In this document: positions 48,610 to 62,172 of the stretch, one piece after another
Layout of the letters: each line of letters starts with the position of its first letter
Numbering within the stretch: position 1 is the first letter of the stretch
DNA from: Haliotis cracherodii
Taxonomy: Eukaryota
DNA: 64,000 nt
Direction of reading: 5' to 3'
Assembly (NCBI RefSeq): GCF_022045235.1
Contig: NW_027266264.1
Span: forward strand, 80,910,001-80,974,000
Notes under the pieces: generated by a model
Seen by the model: the letters and a program-made list of their open reading frames with translations, nothing else
Told to the model about the DNA's origin: nothing
The model's database searches: none
Program-made: the position numbers and the translations under genes

Positions 48610-51210
48610 TCCCCACCCTCACCCTCATATCCTCACCCTCATATCCTCACGCGTTCATTCCCATTTTACCCTCAACCTCACCCTCACCCTCAAACTTCTT
48701 ATCACAGTCACTCTCACCCTTACACTTATTCCTGTACTCACACTCACACGCACACTCACACTCACACTCACACTCACAGACACACTCACATTCACAGACA
48801 CACTCACACTCACACGCACACTCACACGCACAGACACTCACACTCACAGACACACTCACACTCACAGACACACTCACACTCAGACACACTCACACTCACA
48901 GACACACTCACACGCACACTCACACTTACAGACACACTCACAGACACACTCACACTTACAGACACACTCACAGACACACTCACACTCACAGACACACTCA
49001 CACTCACACGCACACTTACACTCACACTCACACTTACACTCACACGCACACTCACACTCACACTTACAGACACACTCACAGACACACTCACACTCACATA
49101 CACACTCACACTCACACGCAGACTCACACGCACAGACACACTCACACTTACACTCACACTCACACTTACACTCACACTCACACTTACACTTACACTCACA
49201 CTCATACGCACAATCACACTCACACGCACACTCACACTCACAGTCACACTCACAATTGCACTCACACTCGCACTTACACCCACACTCACACTTACACTGA
49301 CAATTATTCATACGCAACCTTACACTAACACTTCAACTTCTACTTACACTTACATTCACACTTACACTCACACTTGCACTTATTCCTACACTCACACTTA
49401 CACTTATTCCTGCACTTACACTTACACTTATTCCTACACTCACAGCCACACTTATTCCTACACCCACACTTGCACTTATTCCTGCACTTACACTTACACT
49501 TATTCCTACACTCACAGCCACACTTATTCCTGCACTTACACTTACACTTATTCCTGCACTTACACTTACACTTATTCCTACACCCACACTTGCACTTATT
49601 CCTGCACTTACACTTACACTTATTCCTACACTCACAGCCACACTTATTCCTAGACCCACACTTGCACTTATTCCTGCACTTACACTTACACTTATTCCTA
49701 CATTCACACTTACACTTATTCCTACATTCACACTTACACTTATTCCTGCACTTACACTTACACTTATTCCTACATTCACACTTGCACGTATTCCTACATT
49801 CACACTTACACTTATTCCTACACCCACACTTACACTTATTCCTACACCCACACTTACACTTATTCCTGCACTTACACTTACACTTATTCTTACATTCACA
49901 GCCACACTTACATTTATTTGTACACACAGACTCTTACAGTCACCCTCACATTCACACTTACACTTATTCCTACATTCACACTTACACTTATTTCTACATT
50001 CACACTTACACTTATTCCTGCACTTACACTTACACTTATTCCTACATTCACACTTACACTTATTCCTACACTTACACTTACACTTATTCCTACATTCACA
50101 CTTACACTTATTCCTACACTCACACTTACACTTATTCCTGCACTCACACTTACACTTATTCCTACATTCACACTTACACTTATTCCTACATTCACACTTA
50201 CACTTATTCCTGCACTTACACTTACATGTATTCCTACATTCACACTTACATTCACACTTACACTCACACTTGCACTTATTCCTACACTCACACTTACACT
50301 TATTCCTGCACTTACACTTACACTTATTCCTACACTCACAGCCACACTTATTCCTACACCCACACTTGCACTTATTCCTGCACTTACACTTACACTTATT
50401 CCTACATTCACACTTACACTTACTCCTACATTCACACTTACACTTATTCCTGCACTTACACTTACACTTATTCCTACATTCACACTTACACGTATTCCTA
50501 CATTCACACTTACACTTATTCCTTCACCCACACTTACACTTATTCCTACACCCACACTTACACTTATTCCTGCATTCACACTTACACGTATTCCTACATT
50601 CACACTTACACTTATTCCTACACCCACACTTACACTTATTCCTACATTCACACTTACACGTATTCCTACATTCACACTTACACTTATTCCTACACCCACA
50701 CTTACACTTATTCCTGCACTTACACTTACACTTATTCTTACATTCACAGCCACACTTACATTTATTTGTACATACAGACTCTTACAGTCACCCTCACATT
50801 CACACTTACACTTATACCTGCACTTACACTTACACTTATTCCTACACTCACACTTACACTTATTCCTACATTCACAGCCACACTTACATTTATTTGTACA
50901 CACAGACTCTTACAGTCACCCTCACATTCACACTTACACTCGCACTTGCACTTATTCCTGCACTCACACTTACACTTATTCCTACATTCACAGCCACACT
51001 TACATTTATTTGTACACACAGACTCTTACAGTCACCCTCACATTCACACTCACATTAACATTCACACTAACAATTTCATTCACATTCAAATTTTACACTC
51101 CCATTCAAACATCAATTTAACATTCACGCCCACATCACTCTCACATTCACACTCACATTCACACTCACACTCACACTCACACTCACACTCACATTCACAT
51201 TCGCATTAAC
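48610..51210. repeat. CA-rich low-complexity repeat, (CACACT)n grading into ~24-bp cacttacacttattcctacattca units
   Basis: Directly visible; explains the His/Thr/Leu-rich ORFs. Confidence 0.95.
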
Positions 51211-52380
51211 ACACACCCGCCACCCACTCTCTGTCCCTACACCTGCCGCCCACTCTCTTCGTTCCCACGCACCGTCCCCACACACCTGCCTCCCACTCTC
51301 TCCGTCCCACCACACCTGCCTCCCACTCTCTGTCCCAACACCTGCCTCCCATTCTCTCCATCCCCACACACCTGTCTCCCATTCTCTCCATCCCCACACA
51401 CCTGTCTCCCACTCTCTCCATCCCCACACACCTGCCTCCCACTCTCTCCATCCCCACACACCTGCCTCCCACTCTCTCCGTCACCACACACCTGACTCCC
51501 ACTCTCTCCGTCACCACGCACAGTCCCCACACATCTGCCTCCCACTCTCTCCATCCCCACACAGCTGCCTCCGACTGTCTCTGTCCCCACACACAAACCT
51601 CCCACTCTCTACATCCCCACACACCTGCCTCCCACTATCTCCGTCCCCACGCACAGTCCCCACACACCTACCTCCCACTTTCTCCATCCCCACACACCTG
51701 CCTCCCACTCTCTCCATCCCCACATACCTGCATCCAACTCTCTCCGTCCCACCACGACTGCTGTCCCCACGCACCGTCCCCACACACCTGCCTCCAACTC
51801 TCTCCATCCCAACGCACCGTCCCAACACACCTGCCTCCCACTCTCTCCGTCCCAACGCACCGTCCCCACACACCTGCCTCCCACTCTCTCCGTCCCAACG
51901 CACCGTCCCAACACACCTGCCTCCCACTCTCTCTTTCCCCACGCACCGTCCCCACGCACCTGCCTCCCACTCTCTCTATTCCCACACACCTGCATCCCAC
52001 TCTCTGTCCCCACACACCTGCCTCCCACTCTCTCCGTCCCCACGCACCGTCCCCACATACCTGCCTCCCACTCTCTCCGTCCCACCACACCTGCCTCCCA
52101 CTCTCTCTGTCCCCACACACCGTCCCCACACACCTGCCTCCCACTCTCTCCATCCCCACACACCTGCCTCCCACTCTCTCCATCCCCACACACCTGCCTC
52201 CCACTCTCTCCATCCCCACACACCTGTCTCCCACTCTCTCCATCCCCACACACCGTCCCCACACACCTGCCTCCCACTCTCTCTATTCCCACACACCTGC
52301 ATCCCACTCTCTGTCCCGACACACCTGCCTCCCACTCTCTTCGTCCCCACGCACCGTCCCCCCCGCACCGTCCCTACTCC
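51211..52380. repeat. C-rich ~30-bp minisatellite (cacacctgcctcccactctctccrtcccca)
   Basis: Directly visible; G-rich on the minus strand. Confidence 0.92.
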
Positions 52381-53036
52381 TCACCATTCACGGCCAACCT
52401 CTTCATCCTTCTCCCGTCCTCATCCCCCCTTCTTTTCCATCTACCCCATTCACCCGTCCCTGTTTCCCCCTTATCTGCCTGCTCACCTCTCCACCTCTTC
52501 CAGAAGGATACGCGTCTTGCAGGGCGTTCTCGTTTGTTTCAAGTAGAGGGCCATTAGACCCATTTCTTGGTTTCTGTAACGTAGAGTTGCTGATGAAAAG
52601 TGCCCGTTACCGAGTTGTGTTTCAAAACAACATTTAACAGAGAACATACACTCACTGGGATACACGATCAGTAGGCAGGTTGCGGAGCTCAAGGCAATGC
52701 TGTTTGTTTCAACCTCCGCCCGCGAGCTCTTGCGGAGCTCTTAAAACAGTTGAACCACGCTTGTGCTCCGCTTGTGTTTGATAAAACATCACTTCATTGC
52801 CGCGGTTATATCTGTAGTCAAGTTGAATACTAAATCAGAATACAGCAAACATGTATTGAGTATTGATCGATTAATATCATTCGAAGCGCTCTTAAAATCA
52901 AGTATCGTATTTTGGCCGCTAGTTTCGAAGCTATACGACTCAATTCATAAAAGAAAGTAGATGAAATGTACTGGACAGTCGAGATTGCCGGGGTCCTGAG
53001 ACAGTATTGGCCAGACAAACCAATGTCTCAATGTGC

Positions 53037-53383
53037 AGCATGTGCAGTAATCATCACCTATTCTGAGCATGTGCAGTAATCATCACCTCTTCTGAGCATG
53101 TGCACTCATCATCACCTATTCTGAGCATGTGCAGTAATCATCACCTCTTCTGAGCATGTGCACTCATCATCACCTATTCTGAGCATGTGCAGTAATCATC
53201 ACCTCTTCTGAGCATGTGCAGTCATCATCACCTATTCTGAGCATGTGCAGTCATCATCACCTATTCTGAGCATGTGCAGTCATCATCACCTATTCTGAGC
53301 ATGTGCAGTCATCATCACCTCTTCTGAGCATGTGCAGTCATCATCACCTATTCTGAGCATGTGCAGTCGTCATCACCTCTTCC
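53037..53383. repeat. 29-bp minisatellite (tctgagcatgtgcagtcatcatcacctat), about 12 copies
   Basis: Direct tandem units. Confidence 0.95.
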
Positions 53384-55304
53384 TGTTCCTGCAGGGCTGC
53401 CCACATTGTATTTTTTACCTGGTCTGCTCATCTCTAATCATGAGGCTCAAATATATATTAATACCTCTAAGTCCTTGACGGTTTCCTGTATTTCCGAAGT
53501 CTGCATCCATTGCATCTCGTAATGGCCTCGTAATGGCAAAGTTGTTACAAGTTTTGAAGAACTTACCAGGTGACTGGTTGTCCTGTGGTAAAACTAGAGC
53601 AATCAGTAAGGCATAAACCGTCAGTATCAAAGCCTTTAGTTGTGCACTATGTCCCCAGTGACAGCCATTAGCTGTACATTGAAACTAAGACACTAGATCA
53701 TATTGTCTCTTTGACACGATTAAATACCGAATGTGAATAATTGTTTCCGTTCTTTAGAAAATATGAAGTAAAGCAGTGTCTTCAGCAATAACTTCCGAAC
53801 AGGTCACGTGTAGTCCTTCAAATGCGCCCTTGGACGCTTTGATGAATCTCTTAGTCTGGGGTTTGTACCGTAACGTTTTTCTTGTTTTCTTCTGAATTCG
53901 GTACACAGTTTACATTTACCGACATGAAGCGCCATGGCGGGAACCAGGTCACATCGTGTACGTTGTCAGTGTATACATGCATTGCTAGGAGGGGAGGGGT
54001 GTGGGGAGGGTATTAACATATGGCGTGCATGCGCGTCTTTAGAAATATCTCAAGGTGCCGACAGTGTTATTTTCGAATTGACCGAATATACACGTGAGAT
54101 TTTGATTTTTAAAAGCAGCTATCGGCCTTGACTGGTAATTGTGATGACACGCTCATTTGTTTGCATTTATATCATTTTTCATTACAATATTACCTATCTG
54201 CCTAAGTGCCCACTGGGGTCCCTCTGAGATGACAGTTTAATACCTGTCGTAGTCGCCAACGTAGCGGTCAGGAGCGTCACATAAATCACGTGACCGGACG
54301 CTCTTAAGTGGAATGGCATACCCTAAGGGACGTGACATTATCACGTAACTGGGCGCCCGCCTGTGAAAATATGCGAAACGACGTCAAACAAAACCGAGGC
54401 TGTTAGGGAATAATGTTATTGATGAGTTTATGGCACATAGGTTACTCTGTTTAGGTGTAACGTTTTAGAAGGTTGAGTATATCTCGCTACACAGAAACTA
54501 AATCTCTATCCATTTGAACATACCAACAATAGAGTTGGCTGTTTTTCTTACACACTTCTTCATGTTCTGCACGGGCGTATACTTGACTCGATGTTGAGAG
54601 AGGAATAGAAACAAAATGTACCCGCATCGCACAAAAATATTTGAAAAAATAGAACTGTAGTAATTCTCTCTCTTTTCCCCATATAATAAATCACCAGTCC
54701 CTTACCCCCATGGTCAAAGATTACACAAGAACAGATACACGGGCTATTTCAAGGAAGACAACCTTCGTTGTTTATGCTATTTAATACTTACAGACTCAAG
54801 AGCTCTGTTGTAATGGAAAAAGTATCAGGTATCTAGTTTACAAACGGGTCAGAACACGCCATTTATATCACGATTGCTAATGATTAGTTGAAAAGAAAAT
54901 TAATATTGTAGAAATAACGATAAAATAACGATAAAAAATGTAAGAGCTTAAACTTCTAAACCAGATTATTGAGATTGTGATAATATCACTTTGTACACAT
55001 AGTGATACTCATCATGGCCCGGTAAAACGGTTTATAACAGCTATGGCACGGAGCCAGGTGGTACATTGTGACCAACCAATACCCGTTTCTGTCAACTCTC
55101 GGGCATACGTAGTGTAGTTGAACCTGTTCTACCCAGGACACCCCACTGGGCTCAACTGGGCGAAAACCATAATGAGCGGAGATTGCATACACAAGTGCAC
55201 TATTTTAATAACATCGATCATGCAAGAGTCAGATAGCTAATAATATATTCAAATTAACATTTGTTTCTCTTATGTTCCTGTTCTCTTAAATTCCTATACT
55301 ATTA

Positions 55305-55370
55305 ACTCACTCACTCACTCACTCACTCACTCACTCACTCGCTCACTCACTCACTCACTCACTCACTCAC
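55305..55370. repeat. (ACTC)n microsatellite
   Basis: Directly visible. Confidence 0.95.
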
Positions 55371-55734
55371 AGAACCATTATCGTTTTCCCAATATGAAAT
55401 TGATTTCAGATCAAGTTGGGTGCTAATTTCACAAAACGAAACATCACACACAAGGATATTGTCGAGGTAAGGTGAGCTACGAAAACGTCCACAACATACG
55501 TGCTTGTCACATATCTAAGTGCTTCTACCCGTTACATCGACAAGAAGATAACCTGGGCAATATCAACAGTGAGAAGAGTATTTATTTACTGCTCCAAGTG
55601 CTGTCAAGTAGGCAGACACACGCGAGTACATGCACTGTTTACATACCGGGGGGGTAGGTGCAGATAAGTGGGGAATCTCCTGGCTAGACTTGAACAGGCT
55701 CTTACTGACTTCATCCAACAGCTATCCTCCTACA

Positions 55735-57268
55735 CAACACAACTCGAGTCTATATCACCATATGAAATGAACAACCCGGCTCTATATCATTAGATGATAT
55801 ACACAACCCGAGTCTATATCATCATATGAAATGCTAAACCCGGCCCTATATCATCAGATGATATACACAACCCGTGTCTATATCATCAGATGATATGCAC
55901 AACCCGAATCTATATCTCTAGATGATATGCACAACCCGAGTCTATATCATCAGATGATATGCACAACCCGAGTCTATATCATCAGATGATATGCACAACC
56001 CGAGTCTATATCATCAGATGATATGCACAACCCGAATCTATATCTCTAGATGATATGCACAACCCGAGTCTATATCATCATATGATATACACAACCCGAG
56101 TCTATATCATCAGATGATATGCACAACCCGAGTCTATATCTGTAGATGATATGCACAACCCGAGTCTATATCATCAGATGATATGCACAACCCGAATCTA
56201 TATTATCAGATGATATACACAACCCGAGTCTATATCAACAGATGATATGCACAACCCGAGTCTATATCAACAGATGATATGCACAACCCGAATCTATATC
56301 ATCAGATGATATGCACAACCCGAATCTATATTATTAGCATCAGATGATATGTACAAACCGAGTTTATATCATCAGATTATATACACAGCCCGAGTCTATA
56401 TCATAAGATGATATGCACAACCCGAATCTATATCATCAGATGAAATGCACAACCCGAGTCTATATCAACAGATGATATGCACAACCCGAGTCTATATCAT
56501 CAGATGATATGCACAACCCGAGTCTATATCAACAGATGATATGCACAACCCGAGTCTATATCATCAGATGATATACACAACCCGAGTCTATATCTGTAGA
56601 TGATATGCACAACCCGAGTCTATATCATCAGATGATATGCACAACCCGAGTCTATATCAACAGATGATATGCACAACCCGAGTCTATATCAACAGATGAT
56701 ATGAACAACCCGAGTCTATATCATCATATGATATACACAACCCGAGTCTATACCATCAGATGATATACACAACCCGAGTCTATATCAACAGATGATATGC
56801 ACAACCCGAGTCTATATCAACAGATGATATGCACAACCCGAGTCTATATCATCAGATGATATACACAACCCGAGTCTATATCATCAGATGATATGCACAA
56901 CCCGCGTCTATATCATCAGATGATATACACAACCCGAGTCTATATCATCAGATGATATACACAACCCGAGTCTATATCAACAGATGATATACACAACCCG
57001 AGTCTATATCAACAGATGATATACACAGCCCGAGTCTATATCAACAGATGATATGCACAACCCGAATCTATATCATTAGATGATATGCACAACCCGAATC
57101 TATATCATCAGATGATATGCACAACCCGAGTCTATATCATCAGATGATATGCACAACCCGAGTCTATATCAACAGATGATATGCACAACCCGAGTCTATA
57201 TCAACAGATGAAATGCACAACCCGAGTCTTTATCATTAGATGATATGCACAACCCGAGTCTATATCAA
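55735..57268. repeat. 32-bp minisatellite with an internal palindrome (acaacccgagtctatatcatcagatgatatgc), about 48 copies
   Basis: Direct tandem units; atatcatc-a-gatgatat dyad. Confidence 0.96.
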
Positions 57269-57319
57269 TCGGGTTGTCGTCAATACAATACACGACGTTT
57301 CTGCGTCTCTGGGTCGTCG

Positions 57320-57885
57320 AAAATGCCACGCCCTTTCTGCGTCTCTTCGTCGTCAGTAGAAACCACGCCCTTCCCACGTCTGTTAAGTTGATTAAACCAC
57401 GCCCTTTCTGCGTCTGTTTATTTGATAAAACCACGCCCTTCCATCGTCTGTTTAGTTGATAAAACTACGCCCTTTCTGCGTCTGTTTAGTTGATAAAACT
57501 ACGCCCTTTCTGCGTCTGTTAAGTTGATAAAAACACGCCCTTTCTGCGTCTGTTTAGTTGATAAAACCACCCCCTTTCTGTGTCTGTTTAGTTGATAAAA
57601 CCACGGCCTTTCTGCGTCTGTTTAGTTGATAAAACCACCCCCTTTCTGCGTCTGTTTAGTTGATAAAACCACGCCCTTTCTGCGTCTGTTTAGTTGATAA
57701 AACCACGCCCTTCCTGCGTCTGTTTAGTTGATAAAACCACGCCCTTTCTGCGTCTGTTTAGTTGATAAAACCACCCCCTTTCTGCGTCTGTTTAGTTGAT
57801 AAAACCACGCCCTTTCTGCGTCTGTTTAGTTGATAAAACCACGCCCTTTCTGCGTCACCCTTTCGTCAATAAAACCACGCTCTTG
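57320..57885. repeat. 34-bp minisatellite (aaaaccacgccctttctgcgtctgtttagttgat)
   Basis: Direct tandem units. Confidence 0.93.
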
Positions 57886-57924
57886 CTGCTTCTGCGTTCC
57901 TTAAACAAAACCACATCTTTGCTT

Positions 57925-58035
57925 TAGAAGTAGTAATAGTAGTAAGGATGGTTGTGGTAGACGTAGTAGTAGTAGTAGTAGTAGTAGCGTCGTCGTCGTC
58001 GGCGGCGGCGGCGGTGGTGGTGATTGTGGTGGTGA

Positions 58036-58092
<57 letters not shown>
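57925..58092. repeat. Compound trinucleotide microsatellite (TAG/CGT/CGG/TGG)
   Basis: Directly visible. Confidence 0.93.
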
Positions 58093-58252
58093 GTGTGATG
58101 GTTTAGATCTTTACAAGGTAGAACATCCGTGGACATATTACTAAATTCAGTATTTTCGTAAAACGAAGGCTTACTGAATGTTGTTGAATGCATTCAAAAG
58201 CATTTTAGTGTCCGGTCAATATACAGTGGTTAAAGTCGTAACATTTACTGGG

Positions 58253-58417
58253 GTGAGTTAGTGAGCATGGTTCTACGTCGCTTTTTGAAATACTTCAGCG
58301 ATATAACGGCGGGGGGCACCAGAAAGGGGCTTCACACATTGCACCCACGTGGGGATTCAAACCCGGGTCTTCGGAGTGGCGGGCGAACGCTTTAACCACT
58401 AGGCTACCCTGCCGCCT
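58253..58417 (-). mobile_element. SINE family B
   Basis: acccgggtcttcgg...cgctttaaccactaggctaccc; gtaacatt(t)actg on both sides. Confidence 0.85.
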
Positions 58418-58610
58418 CTGTAACATTACTGAAAAACAAATAATTATATCTTAAGTATCCATATTCCGATACTACCTCGACCTGACATGACAGAAGCACA
58501 AGGCCAGGTTGTGTGGACTACATCATGAGTACTGAAACAAAAGAGCTTCTGGTGAGCAAGTAATGCACCGGATATACCTACTTCTGAGCATTCTATGGGA
58601 CCATTCATTA

Positions 58611-58845
58611 CCAAGGATCCGGGTTAGAATTGGTCTTCATCATCCCATGCTTGACGTAAGAGGCGATTAACGGGATCGCGTGATCAGGCTCGCTGACTTG
58701 GTTGAAGCATGTCATCGTATCCCAACTCCGTCGATCGATGTTCATGATACCAATCACTGGATTGTCTGATCCAGACTCGATTATTTACAGAACGCCGTCA
58801 TATAGCTGGAATATTGCTAAGTTCGGCGTTAAACAACAAACAAAC
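58611..58845 (+). mobile_element. SINE family C (single hairpin-module variant)
   Basis: gatccgggttagaattggtcttc...cgtaagaggcga...cggcgttaaacaacaaac. Confidence 0.85.
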
Positions 58846-59875
58846 AGATATCAAATGTAAATGAAAATCGTCTTCCACACAAACTCGGCATAGTATTAGG
58901 CAAAGGACACCTTTTTGCCAACATTATAGATAGACAAATTTGAAAACCCAAGACGAAATCTTGTCAAGGCGTATCGAAGTTTCTTCTTTGTTTTATTTGT
59001 TAAGTATTTTTCGGGCTTTATCAAAGATTTAATGAATCTAAAGGTGTCGTATCTTGAACGTTTTTATTATTCTGAAACATTACAGTTGTGTCAGTATTTT
59101 TGGCCAGTAAGGATACCCTCCGTCGTCTCCGACCACGTATACTACTCAAGAGAAGTCATGCCATGACAGAATATGTGTAATTTAATGAAACAATCGGGTG
59201 TTGTAATTTCTTTGAGTAGGATATAATAAAACTTGTCACACAATAAAAACACCCAGTGCTTATTGTAGTGGCTCTAAGACTAGGCTCGGGAGTGCCTCAC
59301 TTTCCACCGTAAGTGGGAATGGTATAAATGGTTTGTGTGTTATAGATGTTATCGTGGCTTAATGGCTTACACAGAATACGTCTTGGCAGTAGAATGTTTT
59401 ATTTTCATGGTTATAAAACTGCTGATGTGTGTTTCTGTTTTTTGACGCCCCCCATGTTTAGTGAAACAAAGATTCTAGTAATGAATGCATCCACGGTTCA
59501 CTAAACGTTGAGGCAAGGACATGTTGTTTGTTAATGTGCTGACGATTAGGCGCCTCACACGGAGAGTGTGGGTTCGAATCCCGCATGGGATTACAAACGG
59601 GTACAGGAATTTGTGCTTTACTAAGAAAGTGTAATCACAAATATAGCATTAGTTAAATAAGTTTCTAAAAGGCATTGGGTATTCATGCTATTTATTGTAA
59701 TGTGACATCATGATTCACTCAGTCTGTAATCAAGCCTAACAATCAGGGGTTAACCCCCCGAACATGAAACGTCAATTGGTTCATAGTAGATTAATCCTTG
59801 CGAAGCGTTAATTGAAGGTTGTATACCAAATACATGTACCAATCTTCAAGTAAATATCGTCGCTCCAGACTAGAG

Positions 59876-60060
59876 TCGTCTAAAAGGATCGGGTGGTCAG
59901 GCTCGCTGACTTGATTGATGCATGTCATCGTATCCCAATTGGATCGATGCTCATGATGTCAATCACTGGATTTTCAGGTCGAATATTTATAGACCGCCGT
60001 CATATAGCTGGAATATTGCTGAGAGCGGCGTTAAACAACGAACAAACAAACAACAAAAAC
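59876..60060 (+). mobile_element. SINE family C, 5'-truncated copy
   Basis: ggatcgggtggtcaggctcgctgac...gcggcgttaaacaac. Confidence 0.85.
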
Positions 60061-60121
60061 AATACGCCACAACTGAGTGTTTATTGAACGTTGTTCTGGT
60101 GTTGATGTCGTATTACACATA

Positions 60122-60297
60122 CAGTAAACTACGGTTATAACGAACACGCTTATAACGAACTGACGGATATAACGAACTTACTTTTTTGGTCACCACTATT
60201 TTCTGTAATTATGCTGCATGTATGCTTATAACGAACTACGGTTATAACGAACTAAACTTAGTAGTCCGTTTGAGTTCGTTATAACCGTACTTTACTG
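60122..60297. mobile_element. Tc1/pogo-type MITE (CAGT...ACTG termini, TA TSD)
   Basis: TA|cagtaaactacggttataacgaac ... gttcgttataaccgtactttactg|TA; internal ttataacgaac repeats. Confidence 0.88.
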
Positions 60298-60817
60298 TAG
60301 TTTTTTATATGATATATAGGTTTGTGTCGGGGCCAAAACGTTTTGTCGGATTAAACAGAATCTACTGTAATACAAAAGGCCAAATATTAAGGTACGTACT
60401 ATAAGCAAACACCTGTATGAGTCCTTTACCTATATACCTACCCCCTCCGCCGGTAGGCCCCCGCTTCCCTACAGACACACTGACATGCTGTCCCTCCCCG
60501 GCCCCCTGAAACTCCAATCCCCCTTCTCCTAAACTCTCTCGGTCAAGAGGCTAACAGTACATCATGTTAAGAGTTAATTTGGGGGACAGGTTATGAGGTT
60601 TGCCCTGCTGTGCGTCGCCCATAAACGGTGTTGTGCCGCACGAGGGGCCTGCTCAAGTCTAGCGGCATGGAGAGAAGGGGAAGACGCGCTTCCTCCACTT
60701 CACATCTCAACGTCCCGAATCATGATGCATAGTATCAGGTAATTAGCGATGAAATCGATGTTTGGCTCGCAGTCCCTGTCTGTCAGCCACCGTCACTCAA
60801 TCATATCCTGTCTTCCC

Positions 60818-60855
60818 ATTGGCTGGATGCTGGATGGGCGGGCCAGCTTTATAAA
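60818..60855 (+). promoter_or_regulatory. Candidate GAS1 core promoter: reverse CCAAT box, GC box and TATA box
   Basis: ATTGG 60818-60822, GGGCGG 60836-60841 and TATAAA 60850-60855 in canonical order, ~530 bp upstream of the ATG. Confidence 0.5.
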
Positions 60856-61386
60856 CCTCCCTCTAGGCGTATCTATGACATGGACGTCTCAGCATTACAA
60901 AAATAGCCTATGGAAGAAGCCTGAGCAGGTCAACTCAGTGTGCCGATTGCATTGCAGACGGTTATTTGATTCGAAAGCTAGTAGAGTTAGCTTACTCGTT
61001 ACTCGCGGGGCTCCTTTGTGCGAACACGGGGTACATATTTACAAGTATTCGCCGATGCTTGCGACTATGCCTATGAGATGAGCGGCTGTAGGACGTGATA
61101 TCAACTGTAGTGAGGATGAACTTAGAGTATAGAACCAACAAGCAAGGACTGGCCGGGTGCTAGCGTATGTATGAACTGTCGTCTGCTCGTGTCTCATTTC
61201 TGTGTTTACCTTCTGGTCCGGCGTCCCTCAACGAGAAGCGGTACCCAGAAGCTTCCCGTGGGGATGGGACTTGTGTCGGGAGGGGAAAGCGACCTTAGTG
61301 AAGCCCCGGGGAGGAGTCGACAACAACAACAACAACGTCAACAACAACACGACCCCGTGCCCGAGTAGACCAGGCCAGTGAGGAGG

Positions 61387-62172
61387 ATGCATGTTTGGGA
61401 CTTGTGTCTGCTGGCCATGTGTATCCAGACGAGTCACTGTATTTTCTCCAGTGGGGTGCCAGAGTTCTGTGACCAGGCCAGGAATCATTGTTTCTCCCGA
61501 ATAGGCTGCCAGATGGCTCTGAACAACTTCATGATCGGGTGTAGCGACGTCATCAAAGGGACTGTGGACACATGTACTACTGACTGCAAGCATGCTCTCA
61601 TATCTCTCTTGTCCACGGAAGATCGGTCCGGAATCGCCTTCGTCAATTGTAACTGCAGTGACGACGAGTTTTGTGAAACCCAGAAGCGTCGAGTCGAGAT
61701 CTGTGCTAAGGATGTGATGGAGTTTATGAACAATATCAACGACAACGCCGTTGTGAGTTGCGGCCTAGCAATGTGGATCTGTGAAGCTGACACTTCGTGT
61801 TTGGCAGCGTTGCAGTATTACATCCGCCACTGCGCCAAGCTGATGAATGGTGAAAGCTGCAGTGCACGGTGCAACAACAGTTTGGACATTCTGTACCGTC
61901 AGACCAGCTCCAAGATGCTGCAATCCTGTGAGTGCGACGGCACCGAGGACTACAACTGTCAGACCCTGAAAGACAACACCGAGAGATTATGCTTCAACAG
62001 ACAGCCACGAGTTGCTTACACGGTGTCGGGCAAGAGTGAAGTGACGTCTTCAGGTAGTAACAGCTTCAAGACCAACTCAGGTATTCTTTTCCTTGTTGTG
62101 AATATATCCCTCCTCTTGTACAGGGACGTGTTTCTCTTATATCGGAAGGCGTTTCTAAATCCCCAATGGTAA
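61387..62172 (+). CDS. GAS1: Growth arrest-specific protein 1 homologue (two Cys-rich GDNF-receptor/GAS1 domains), 261 aa from first ATG
   Basis: Signal peptide MHVWDLCLLAMCIQTSHC. Cys patterns C..AR..C....GC..AL......C, CKHALISL, CNCSDD.FC, C..A.WICEAD.SC..AL..Y...C, C..RC.NSL..L, L.SC.CDG.E.Y.C, RLC. Ser-rich spacer then a hydrophobic C-terminus. Intronless, like vertebrate GAS1. Confidence 0.88.
   Translation: MHVWDLCLLAMCIQTSHCIFSSGVPEFCDQARNHCFSRIGCQMALNNFMIGCSDVIKGTVDTCTTDCKHALISLLSTEDRSGIAFVNCNCSDDEFCETQKRRVEICAKDVMEFMNNINDNAVVSCGLAMWICEADTSCLAALQYYIRHCAKLMNGESCSARCNNSLDILYRQTSSKMLQSCECDGTEDYNCQTLKDNTERLCFNRQPRVAYTVSGKSEVTSSGSNSFKTNSGILFLVVNISLLLYRDVFLLYRKAFLNPQW

Noticed and set aside
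48479-52368. His/Thr/Leu-, Cys/Lys- and Gly/Arg-rich long ORFs (metallothionein- or mucin-looking)
   Set aside because: Low-complexity CA-rich and C-rich repeats that are open on both strands
55735-57885. CRISPR-like appearance of 32-34 bp repeats
   Set aside because: Head-to-tail units without unique spacers, no cas genes, eukaryotic context
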